Assembly (NCBI RefSeq): GCF_006345805.1
Contig: NW_021823764.1
Coordinates: 1 to 21,249, forward strand
Source: Octopus sinensis
Lineage: Eukaryota
Length of the DNA: 21,249 bases
Direction: 5' to 3'
The translations under genes were made by a program, and so were the position numbers. The notes under the pieces are model-generated. The model was not told the DNA's origin. It saw only the letters and a list, made by a program, of their open reading frames with translations, and made no database searches. Shown here piece after piece: positions 9,832 through 19,170 of this stretch (positions within the stretch are counted from its first letter, which is position 1; each line of letters opens with the position of its first letter).

Positions 9832-9862
<31 letters not shown>

Positions 9863-9989
9863 CAATAATAAATCTCTGAGCGAGGTGTAAACAGTAGCAA
9901 CGCGGAATCGTAAAGTATATTTGCCACTTAAATCTTGCGACCCATAGGGGATGGTGCTACTGTTGTTTATAGCCCCAGGAGGACATCTC

Positions 9990-10042
9990 CTCCAGCTGGC
10001 TAACGGCACGGACACAGACAGTGTGTCATTAGCCAGCTGGAG
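9990..10042. repeat. Hairpin with a perfect 14-bp stem
   Basis: ctccagctggctaa (9990-10003) / ttagccagctggag (10029-10042), plus inner gacaca/tgtgtc. Confidence 0.85.
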
Positions 10043-10131
10043 AAAATGCGGGGTCGTGTGATGTGGTGTGGTGTGGTGTGGCATGGTGGTGTGTGGTGGA
10101 GACGGGAGTGGGGGAAGCAAGTGTGAGGTGT

Positions 10132-10194
10132 GGGCTGGGTGAGGGTAGGATGGGTTATGTGGGAGTGGGGTGTAAGGGATTGAGTGGGGTGGGG
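10132..10194 (+). other. G-rich tract with nine G3+ runs (potential G-quadruplex)
   Basis: G3+ runs start at 10132, 10137, 10143, 10152, 10161, 10167, 10176, 10186 and 10191, with loops of 1-7 nt. Confidence 0.6.
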
Positions 10195-10199
10195 TGTAT

Positions 10200-10292
10200 G
10201 TATGTCTGTATGTGTGTACATATATATATATAAATATATATATATAAATATATATATAAAATATATATATATATGTGTGTGTGTTTGTGTGT
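10200..10292. repeat. (TA)/(TG) microsatellite
   Basis: Direct reading. Confidence 0.9.
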
Positions 10293-10524
10293 ATATTTAT
10301 TTAAAAAACATACATACGCATATAAAACCAAATATATTCAATCAATTCTTGGTAATGAAACTGTGAAGTTCTAGAAACGTCAGACATGGATTTAGAAACT
10401 GTTCTGCAACAAACCAACTGTAGAAAGCTAAGAAAAAAACGAAAAAAAAAACAAATAAAAAGAGATAATAGTGGAATACTTTCGTGCATTTAATGAAGCA
10501 TGCATGAAAGAGAAGCTGTTCTCC

Positions 10525-10554
10525 ATTTATGAGCACACACGCACACACACATGC

Positions 10555-10587
<33 letters not shown>

Positions 10588-10635
10588 TGTATGTATGTAT
10601 GTATGTATGTATGTATGTATGTATGTATGTATGTA
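10525..10635. repeat. (CA)n then (TATG)n microsatellite
   Basis: Direct reading. Confidence 0.95.
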
Positions 10636-10740
10636 TAGTTACACGGTCATATATGGCTATTGTATAGCGAGAAGATAATTTGGCACTTATATTGAAAGGT
10701 TCGGCCATTTCCAACTTCGGTTTAAAAAAAGTTCACGATT

Positions 10741-11025
10741 TACCGTTCCATTTCCTTTGTCTGCTGGCAGAATTTTGATGTGCTGTCAACTTGAAGGAAC
10801 TTCATGGAATTTCTGGCCTCCTTGAAGATATTTGGTCGGAAGAAGATTTGGTTTTCGTTTAGTACAGTCCGCACTTTCTGTGTTAACTCGTCTCACTCAA
10901 CCTTCCTCACTTCATTTCAACCCGCTGATGAAGACAATGGTATTGAAGTGAAGAATTACATTCATTGTAATAGCGAAAGCCAGCCCTTTGTTTTCTTGGA
11001 CTCAATAGGGATTCTTCAGATTTAG
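10741..11025 (-). mobile_element. Degenerate Penelope-like element ORF fragment (region N-terminal to the RT core)
   Basis: Minus translation with frameshifts: KGLAFAIT ... PNIFKEARNSMKFLQVD ... IKILPADKGNGTV (10779-10741), matching the Penelope-type KGLNF..PNL..I.PADKG motifs. Confidence 0.75.
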
Positions 11026-11071
11026 TCGCTATTTATATTTGTTACCCTTTACAGACCGTGATGGAATAAGC

Positions 11072-11250
11072 TATTGGGTTGGTGCATAATTATTCTGGCC
11101 TTTTTTCAACAAAAACAATAACAACATGTAATAAAAACATCTTTAAATGATTATTCCGAAGCATATTCACCATCTACTTCAATTACTGCTTCCCATTTGC
11201 TATATAAAAGAGATGGTCAAGATTGGAACGCCGATGATCAATATCCGTTG
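11072..11250 (-). mobile_element. Mariner DNA transposon 3' end relic (TIR plus transposase C-terminus)
   Basis: TA followed by ttgggttggtgcataattatt at 11072-11094 resembles mariner TIRs. Minus translation SKWEAVIEVDGEYASE* (stop at 11151-11153) fits the mariner W..VI...G.Y C-terminus. Confidence 0.8.
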
Positions 11251-11355
11251 CATTAGGGATAACCCGAGACCAAGCAATAAATAACAACAAATATATCAAT
11301 GGGTAGTTTCGCATAGTTGGCTGGTTAAGAAGCACTCTTTGCAGTTCCGTGATTT

Positions 11356-11422
11356 CAAGGTACCACGTAGAGGGACTGAACCCGGAACCATGTGGTTGGG
11401 AAGCAAACCTCTTACTACGTAG
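11356..11422 (-). mobile_element. SINE head fragment
   Basis: Reverse complement contains cccaaccacatggttccgggttcagtccc, as at 4158-4186. Confidence 0.85.
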
Positions 11423-12231
11423 TTGTTCAAATGCATGCCTTTGGCCCCTCTGAGTTTTTTTCTCAGCTTAATTTTACTTAAATTATTCAAATTACCTATA
11501 CCACAAATGTGCTCTACTCCTTTTTTTTTATAAGTCTAAGTCCCTTGGTTACTAGAAATGAAGTCAGAAAACTGCCGTGCTAATGACGGTTATTGAGCCA
11601 GAAACACATACTTTCGACTCTCCTCTTATCTTCACACAAAAAGTATGTCAACTTTGGAAAAAATCTATATCTTGTGATTATCTCCCATTCTCAAGTGGAA
11701 CCTGTCTTAATTACTGTTTGTTTATTATGATACCTCGTTTAAAGGCAAAAATAATTTTAATAAGTCTAGAATTTATGTTGTATGGTATTTGATACGACTG
11801 TATTCGTCAATGTTATAAACGTATTGAATCGGCCTTTTGTGCTACGTCTGTCACCTTCAACAGTTCTGTAATATCACAAGATTAATGAAGGCGAGGTGAA
11901 CGAAAGGACCGGTTATTAGAAATTAGCGCCCAGTAGCGTGTTTATGTATCTTGTCTGGAAATTACTGCGGGTTATCTGTGTAAACGAAACTGTTTGATCA
12001 TCTCTTATATAATGAGATGTTGTCAGTGGAACGGAAAGGCGGCATGAATGGGAAGCTGAGATAAGAAAATTATCGTTTATCAAATGACAGATATCTTATA
12101 ACAAATTTCTTGGCAGCCATTAAAGGAATATACGTATATTTTATACATGTCTTAAAGTTTTACATGTACCATTACATGACAATGAGTCCTAGTATGGCCG
12201 CTACTTATTCGCGTGCGCACACACAGGCATA

Positions 12232-12267
<36 letters not shown>
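12232..12267. repeat. (CA)n microsatellite
   Basis: Direct reading. Confidence 0.95.
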
Positions 12268-12269
<2 letters not shown>

Positions 12270-12462
12270 GTGAGCTGGCAGAATCGTTAGCGCGCTGGAC
12301 AAAATGCTTCGCGGCGTTTCGTCAGCCCTCACGTTCTGAGTTCAAATTCCACCGAAGTCGACTTCGCCTTTCATCCTTTCGGGGGCCGATAAATAAAGTA
12401 CCAATTTCACTTACCTCTTCCCCGTAAAATCAGGCCTCGTGCCTATTATAGAAAGGATTTTA
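12268..12462 (+). mobile_element. Second tRNA-derived SINE family, internally deleted copy
   Basis: A-box-like tggcagaatcgttag and B-box-like gagttcaaattcc (~12338-12350); tail ggcctcgtgcctattatagaaaggatt. Confidence 0.75.
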
Positions 12463-12474
12463 CTTAAGAGGGAC

Positions 12475-12572
12475 AAGGTAGCGAACTGACTGAACCGTTA
12501 GCACGCCGGACAAAATACTTAGCGGCATTTCGTCCGCGAAATTTGAAGCCTTATGCCTATAGTAGAAACGAT
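12475..12572 (+). mobile_element. Second-family SINE, head joined to tail (large internal deletion)
   Basis: The head aligns to 12268-12325 and the tail gccttatgcctatagtagaaacgatt aligns to 12433-12460; it is followed by an (ATT)n tail. Confidence 0.7.
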
Positions 12573-12601
12573 TATTATTATTATTGTTATTATTATCATT
12601 A

Positions 12602-12635
<34 letters not shown>

Positions 12636-12937
12636 GTTATTTTATTATTTTATGTTATTATATTATTATTATGGTTATTATTATCATTATTATTATTATT
12701 ATTATTAGTATTATATTATTGTATTATTATTATTATATTGTTATTATTATTTTAATATTATTATTGTTATTATTATCATTATTGTTATTATTATTATTAT
12801 ATTGTTAGATATTATTATTATTATTATTATTATTATGTAATCGTTTAATCCCCTTCTCCAGCATTTCAGACCTTGTGCTTTTAGTAGAAAAGCTATTAGT
12901 TAAGTGGGGCGTTAGTAGCTACAACTACTACTACTAT

Positions 12938-12985
<48 letters not shown>

Positions 12986-13310
12986 ACACACACACACAGA
13001 CGCAAACACACACAGACGCAAACACACACACACAAACACACAGACATATACAAACATATATATATATATACGTACATACATACATGCATGCACACATACA
13101 TATACACACAAACTTATATACACGTGCATATATATATGGATTTATCTATCTATCTATATATATTTATGCATATAGAAGTGCATAAGCACGTATATATATA
13201 TATTTCATATATCTGTATAGATTTGCGTATGTTTATGTATATATGTAAATGTATATATATGTAACCAAACATGTATGTATGTATCTATCTATCTATACAT
13301 ATGCACAACA
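12570..13310. repeat. (ATT)n 12570-12838; (CTA)n, (CA)n, (TA)n 12920-13310
   Basis: Direct reading. Confidence 0.93.
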
Positions 13311-13652
13311 AGCATTTTTGTCTAAAAGTCGTAAGACACCCGCTGTTATCCTGTTTTTAACCATTACTGTTTTCAATTTTGTTTTCGTTTCTTGTATTTA
13401 TATTCGTCTCTGTTGCGTTTACATTCTTTCCTTCTACCAAGAAATCTAATGCCCACAGCTTAGTTTTTCCTTGGGGCTGGCCGAGTTGGAGCAAACATCA
13501 GAATTAATCAGCCGAAATTTGCCATGATGATTCGGTTTCTGACTGAAGATTGAAGGCTTCGAATGACTTGTCTGTTTTCCGTGTTCGTCCCTTCGTGTAT
13601 TTCACGTTCTTTATATATAAATTTTTATTCCTATATATATATATATATATAT

Positions 13653-13728
13653 ACAGGCGTTATACATTTATATATATATGCCTACATATATAAAGAGATA
13701 TATAAATGTATAACGCCTGTGTGTAGGC
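13653..13728. repeat. Perfect 23-bp inverted repeat with an interleaved 7-bp inverted repeat
   Basis: 13653-13675 / 13698-13720 are perfect; gcctaca 13680-13686 pairs with tgtaggc 13722-13728. Confidence 0.9.
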
Positions 13729-13962
13729 GAGTTCATAAACAATTTTTAACGCCTTTCAATTATGGCGTTTGAATGACGTACGTGGGAAAGCACTCTTTTT
13801 ACTGTTGAGGGCTGATATGCCCCTTTATTAGACTATTTTCCTTAGTCATTGCACAATGATCGCCATAAGCTTTAAGTTTATATAAAAAAAATCACCATTA
13901 TTATTATTTACAGGATTGTAAACCACGTCGCCGTAATAAATAACCATTCGCACCGAAACCAT

Positions 13963-13985
13963 ATGTGCATGTGTGTGTGTGTGTA

Positions 13986-14071
<86 letters not shown>
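13963..14071. repeat. (TG)n microsatellite
   Basis: Direct reading. Confidence 0.95.
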
Positions 14072-14073
<2 letters not shown>

Positions 14074-14394
14074 ACTTGTAAATTTGTACACGCACGAACA
14101 GCAATAATGTTGAAAACCACGCTAGTCAACCTCTGTCAGGCACATCTGATAACACTTGAGCTCTGCAAATGTCTCCATTGCAGACTCTTTGCGAGTCGAA
14201 AAGAATTTTCTAGAACCTAATTACTTTCTTTTTCATTTCCTTTTATTTTTTTCTTCTGTTTTCTTTATTGTTTTTTTAATGTCAATAGACAATGATGTAC
14301 TGGAGTGTTTTTTTTTATTTTTTAACGAAAGTAAAAGAAAAGAAAGACATTTACTTATTTTCCGTACACGTACAAACGTATAGGAGCTCCATGT

Positions 14395-14640
14395 ATCATC
14401 ATCATCGTCATCATCATTAGCAGAAGCAGAAGAGGTATTAATGACAGCGTCGATGTTGTCGCCTCCACCGTAGTCGCCATTGTCGTCATTGTCATCGTTA
14501 TTACCATCATCATCACCATCATCATTATCATCATTACGATCATCATCATCATCATCATCAAATATCATCATGATAATATATCATCATCAATAACATCATC
14601 ATCACTATCATCACCATCATTACCATCGTCATCACCATCG

Positions 14641-14671
<31 letters not shown>

Positions 14672-14672
14672 A
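14395..14672. repeat. Imperfect (CAT)n / (CGT)n array
   Basis: Direct reading. Confidence 0.92.
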
Positions 14673-14869
14673 TATCGACGAACGGACGGATTCCAGAACA
14701 GTTGCGGGGGTTGAGCGAGGCACGTCACGCCACGAGTTATGTGAACGTCTGACGAAACGATAAAAGATTAATGATTAATGAATAATGATTAACTATATAC
14801 TATGCACTTCCTGCAACAAGCTCAACAGAAATTTCAAGTCTTAGCATTCTTCACACATAACTGTATACC

Positions 14870-15019
14870 ATATATATGTATATGTGTGTGTGTGTGCATT
14901 TATATATACACATATATATATTATATATGTATATGCATATATATACATACATATATACATATAGAGATAGATATATATATATATATATATACATATATAT
15001 AGATATATACATATGTATG

Positions 15020-15073
<54 letters not shown>

Positions 15074-15315
15074 TATATATATACATATATATATATGTGT
15101 ATATATATCTATATATATATAGAGAGAGAGAGAGAGAGTGAGGGAGGAGCGGGAGAGAGAGATGAATACATATGAAAAAGATGATGTTAAAACTTAGGTA
15201 ATAAGCTTACCTTTTATTAAACATAATCACTCCTGGAACTTTTTGATATTACACGTGTATATATGTGTATGTGTGCATGTATGTGATTATATATATAGCA
15301 TATGTATGTGTATAT

Positions 15316-15357
<42 letters not shown>

Positions 15358-15845
15358 TATATATATATATAGATATATATATATATATATACATAATAGT
15401 TGGAATTTACAAAAAAATATACAAAGCAAAAACGACGAAGATGGTGTGTAAACAACAAACATGTATATGTGTATATGTGTATATATTATATATAGACATC
15501 TATATATATATAATATATATATATTATATATATATATATATATTGATATATATATTATATATATATAGATATGCATGCACATATCTATCTACTATAATAT
15601 CTACATATATAGAATATATAGGCATTAAGCATATGCACATATATATATATATATATATATATATACTAATTATATATGTGTGGGAGGGGGCATTTATGCG
15701 GATATATACTGTATATACATATATATGTATATATGTATGAATTTATAAATATATGTATGCACATATAAACATAGATACATGTGTGTGTGTGCGTTTGTGT
15801 GTCCGTCTGTCACTGAGCGTTTGTGTGTATGTGTATGTGTGTGTA
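14870..15845. repeat. Long imperfect (TA)n block with (GA)n and (TG)n segments
   Basis: Direct reading; a short unique interruption lies near 15165-15255. Confidence 0.9.
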
Positions 15846-15884
15846 CTGTTACATTTTTCTACTTTTTCTAAAATCCCGCTGCAG

Positions 15885-15950
15885 ACGTGAAGCAGAATTG
15901 AGAATCAAGAAACTTCTATGGCTACCTGTGTGGATTCACTGATAAATTGC
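15885..15950 (+). other. Candidate 66-nt exon (possible first coding exon MATCVDSLINC, or a non-coding exon)
   Basis: Long pyrimidine tract with ctgcag acceptor, donor TGC|gtaagc; ATG at 15918. All three frames contain a stop, so it is not an internal coding exon. Confidence 0.25.
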
Positions 15951-16211
15951 GTAAGCAAACATTGACAATGTAAAAACGACATTAGTGACATATTCATTTT
16001 CTATATCCTCTTATTTATTTATTTATCTATTTATTTATTTAATGTTTTTGTTTCGATGTGTCTATTCCTTTTTTTTTATTATTATTATTTACGTATGGCG
16101 TCATTTAATATTCCAATATTTCATAGAGATGTCAGCAATTGGAAGGCGGCATGATTCTATTTCAAATAACTTAATACATTAATAAACTTATGCACAAGGA
16201 CGCACACCTCT

Positions 16212-16568
<357 letters not shown>

Positions 16569-16743
16569 TTAGAAAAAACCACCTTTTATCAATTCAAAGT
16601 GAACGATTAAATTACACCATCTAGAAAATTACATATAATAGAAATATCAAAAATAAAATAACAGTAATATACCGATGTAATTTTCTAGATGGTGTAATTT
16701 AATTTTTCATTTTGAATTGATAAAAGGTGGGGTTTTTTTCTAA
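16569..16743. mobile_element. MITE-like foldback with ~66-bp terminal inverted repeats
   Basis: 16569-16634 vs 16675-16743, e.g. aattacaccatctagaaaattacat / atgtaattttctagatggtgtaatt; TA-rich flanks. Confidence 0.88.
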
Positions 16744-16837
16744 TTTTATTATATATTATATTTTGTGGAATTTTGATTTAGTATTTCTAACTGAATTTTT
16801 GCCTGTAAGTTAGGAATAATATTCCCTCAAATATTTT

Positions 16838-16872
16838 TATTATATATATATATATATATAGATATATATATA

Positions 16873-16905
<33 letters not shown>

Positions 16906-16920
16906 GATATATATATAATA
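16838..16920. repeat. (TA)n microsatellite
   Basis: Direct reading. Confidence 0.95.
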
Positions 16921-16924
16921 TAGG

Positions 16925-17049
16925 TAAGTAGTGTTGCTGTATGGTAAGAAGCTGTCTCCTCCACCTTATATAATATATAATACGACGGGCTTCTTTCAGT
17001 TTCCATCTACCAAATCCAATCACAAGGTATTTTTGTCCATTTGAAGCTG
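16925..17049. mobile_element. Two SINE scraps in opposite orientation (plus-strand head 16925-16960, minus-strand body 16978-17049)
   Basis: gctgtatggtaagaagc matches the SINE head; tacgacgggcttctttcagtttccatctaccaaatcc is the reverse complement of 18416-18452. Confidence 0.75.
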
Positions 17050-17218
17050 GGTGGGATTTATTGGTCGTTTTAATTTCCGTTTTTCTGCTTGAACTGTTTT
17101 TCTTTTCTTGAACTGTCTTCTTTTTTTTTCTTTTCTATTTGGGACCTTTTGTTGTTTCTTTTCTTTGCCTTATTCTGTGGCCTTTTTTTTCGGGAACTTT
17201 ATATAATTTATTTACAAC

Positions 17219-17973
17219 ATGGCAAAAAGAATGGAACCACTGTCTTGGAGTGGGATGTTGCCCCGCCCAAGCAATGGCTGAAGAACTTCGAAAAAAGAAC
17301 GGTGGTGCTGAGGAGCTATTCTCGGTCACTCGGCACCATCGTTCAATTTAACAAGGAAATCATTGAAAAAGAGTTGGCAGACTATCTGCCAACGGTAAAA
17401 TTCATCGCTCGGGGGACCAAATTTGCAACGGTCTGGTTGCTGTTTGGTACCCCCGAGCAAGTTGGTACATTTGCTAGCAAGCCCCTTGAGGGGAGCTAGA
17501 TTTTGTTCCTCCCCACTTATTGTGGGAGGAAGATAAGAAGAGCCTGGGTGTGCGGGATGGATAGAGGATACAATCCGGCGGGATGGATAGAGGATACCAT
17601 CCGGCGAGGCCTAGGGGATAGTGGGCCCAGGTTATTGAGTGTGAATATAGCTCCTGCGGTCGACTGGGAGAGGTCAAAGGCAACTTTGACCCTGTGCACC
17701 TCGGTGGCCGTTGGAGATATGATATTCCCAGACTTCCTAAAAATGGCCGGGTACAGGTACTCGGTGATACTTGAGGGACGCCCCCCCCCCCAAGTGTCAC
17801 CTGTGCCTGGAGCCTGGCCATATCAAGAAGAACTGCCCCAAAGGCTGTGGTAAGGCCCTGAGGCATAAAAAGAAAAAGTGCCCGCCGCCCCCTCATTGGA
17901 GGGGGAGATGGTGCAAGTCGTGGAGGAAGTTGCCTCCATGAAAAGAAAACGAAAGGTGAGCAACAATGTATAG
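17219..17973 (+). pseudogene. LINE ORF1p / gag-like nucleic-acid-binding protein pseudogene with CCHC zinc knuckle (L1/Tx1-like architecture)
   Basis: GC-rich block. ORFs 17089-17499 and 17503-17853 are in one frame separated by a single TAG. After a +1 slip in the C11 run (17781-17791) it reads EGRPP-KCHLCLEPGHIKKNCP (C-x2-C-x4-H-x4-C at 17795-17836). Distal basic KRKRK; T-rich 5' leader ~17050-17218. Confidence 0.8.
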
Positions 17974-17974
17974 T

Positions 17975-18115
17975 GTTATTGGACGCTCAGGAAAGGAAAG
18001 AAAGAAGGAGGATTTAACGTTTCGAGCGGAGATCTTCGTCAGAAACATAGAAAGAGGATAGGTTCAAGGAAGGGAAGACGGAGAAAGAAAATCGCCAACG
18101 ATACACACGCGGTCC
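17975..18115 (-). mobile_element. Penelope-like terminal fragment
   Basis: Contains a minimal hammerhead (18012-18046) within purine-skewed sequence and abuts the end of the ORF1 relic. Confidence 0.55.
18012..18046 (-). ncRNA. Minimal (dimer-type) type I hammerhead ribozyme motif
   Basis: Minus strand: GUUU-CUGACGA-A-GAUC UCC GCUC-GAAA-C-GUU-AAAU. Stem I GUUU/AAAU; loop-less palindromic stem III AACGUU; stem II has one U.C mismatch. Confidence 0.65.
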
Positions 18116-18129
18116 CATAGAATATATCT

Positions 18130-18299
18130 ATGTGTTTCCTTGTGTCTATGTTTGTCCACCCACCACCGTTGAGCAACCGATGCTAGTGTGTTAACGAAAC
18201 CGATAGAATACATGCCAGGATTAACAAAAAGGTAAGTAATCGGGTCGGTTCATTCGATTAAAACAAAAAGTTTCAAGATGGTGCCCCAGCATGGCCGCA
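18130..18299 (+). mobile_element. SINE 3' half with internal deletion
   Basis: Aligns to 18480-18660 (gcaaccgatg, gatagaat, gggtcg, ggtgccccagcatggccgca). Confidence 0.75.
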
Positions 18300-18300
18300 A

Positions 18301-18690
18301 GTGTGGCTGTGTGGTAAATATCTTCCTTACCAACCACATGTTTCCGGGTTCATTCCTACCGTGTGGCACCTTGGGCAAGTCTTCTATAGCCTCGGCCGAC
18401 CAAAACCTTCTGAGTGGATTTGGTAGATGGAAACTGAAAGAAGCCCGTCGTATATATGAATATATATATGTATGTGTGTATATGTTTGTGTGTCTGAGTT
18501 TGTGTCCCCAACATCGCTTGACAACCGATGGTGGTGTGTTTACGCCCGCGTAACTTAGCGGTTCGGCAAAAGAGACTGCTAGAATAAATACAAGGCTTCC
18601 AAAGAATAAGTCCTGGGGTCGATATGCTCGGCTAAAGGCGGTGCTCCAGCATGGCCGCAGTCAAATGACTGAAGTAAAAGAGAGAGTAAA
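18301..18690 (+). mobile_element. Near full-length tRNA-derived SINE with internal (TA/TG) microsatellite
   Basis: Head gtggctgtgtgg, B-box-like gggttcattcc, conserved body, 3' ggtgctccagcatggccgcagtcaaatgactgaa and an A/G-rich tail; homologous to five other pieces in this window. Confidence 0.9.
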
Positions 18691-19170
18691 GGAAAATATG
18701 TATGTAAGGGTATGCGTGCGTGTACTTGTATATATGGATGTCCATATTTATGCCTGTGTGAATAAAATAATCGGAAAATGCTTTTCTTTAAGCTTATATT
18801 AAAGACACCAACTGCATTTTAGTTTTAACTTGTTTTATTATTAAACAAATAATATGGTTTTCTTATTTTGGCTTTTACTTTCTACTCATTTGATTGTCGT
18901 ATAACCAGGTAGAAAAACCTTAGTAAACAACACATCTATCTAATGTAGAATTTTCCACAAAATACGTGATTAATAGCGTAGCTAATATTCATAATAGTAC
19001 GATGCTAAAATAAATACACAGATATCCACATATACGCTTATCACACATAAAATCTGACTGGCTAATGAAAAATTCGAATTGCAGCAGTGATGGTGACACC
19101 AATCATACTGGTCGTACTTACTATAAAGAGACAATACACACCAATTTTACTTCAGCCTGAAGATGAGACC

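Larger units (their letters stand above)
9276..9833. mobile_element. Long inverted repeat (arms ~263 bp, 30-bp spacer), probably inverted Penelope-like pseudo-LTRs
   Basis: 9276-9538 is the reverse complement of 9569-9833 at roughly 90% identity by eye; each arm carries a hammerhead motif. Confidence 0.9.

Noticed and set aside
10804-11025. 73-aa plus-strand ORF as a host gene
   Set aside because: The opposite strand carries Penelope-type motifs that explain the composition.
11030-11075. Strong-looking plus-strand acceptor tttgttaccctttacag
   Set aside because: It leads within 20 nt into a mariner TIR and a stop, with no donor.
13545-13590. CTGAAGA...cttcGAAT as a hammerhead
   Set aside because: GAAA is broken and no stem I or III can be formed; at most a decayed repeat end.
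14080-14230. Unique island with open frames on both strands
   Set aside because: No matched acceptor-donor pair and no recognisable peptide.
14749-14760. CTGACGAAACG hammerhead-like word
   Set aside because: The two core halves overlap with no stem II and no stem I pairing.
14673-14765. CpG-rich block next to the (CAT)n array as a LINE 3' end with a (GAT)n tail
   Set aside because: Plausible, but there is no coding motif or second copy in the window to support it.
17474-17896. 140-aa minus-strand ORF and other overlapping ORFs at 17135-17699
   Set aside because: These are shadow ORFs of the GC-rich plus-strand ORF1 relic, which carries the recognisable CCHC motif.
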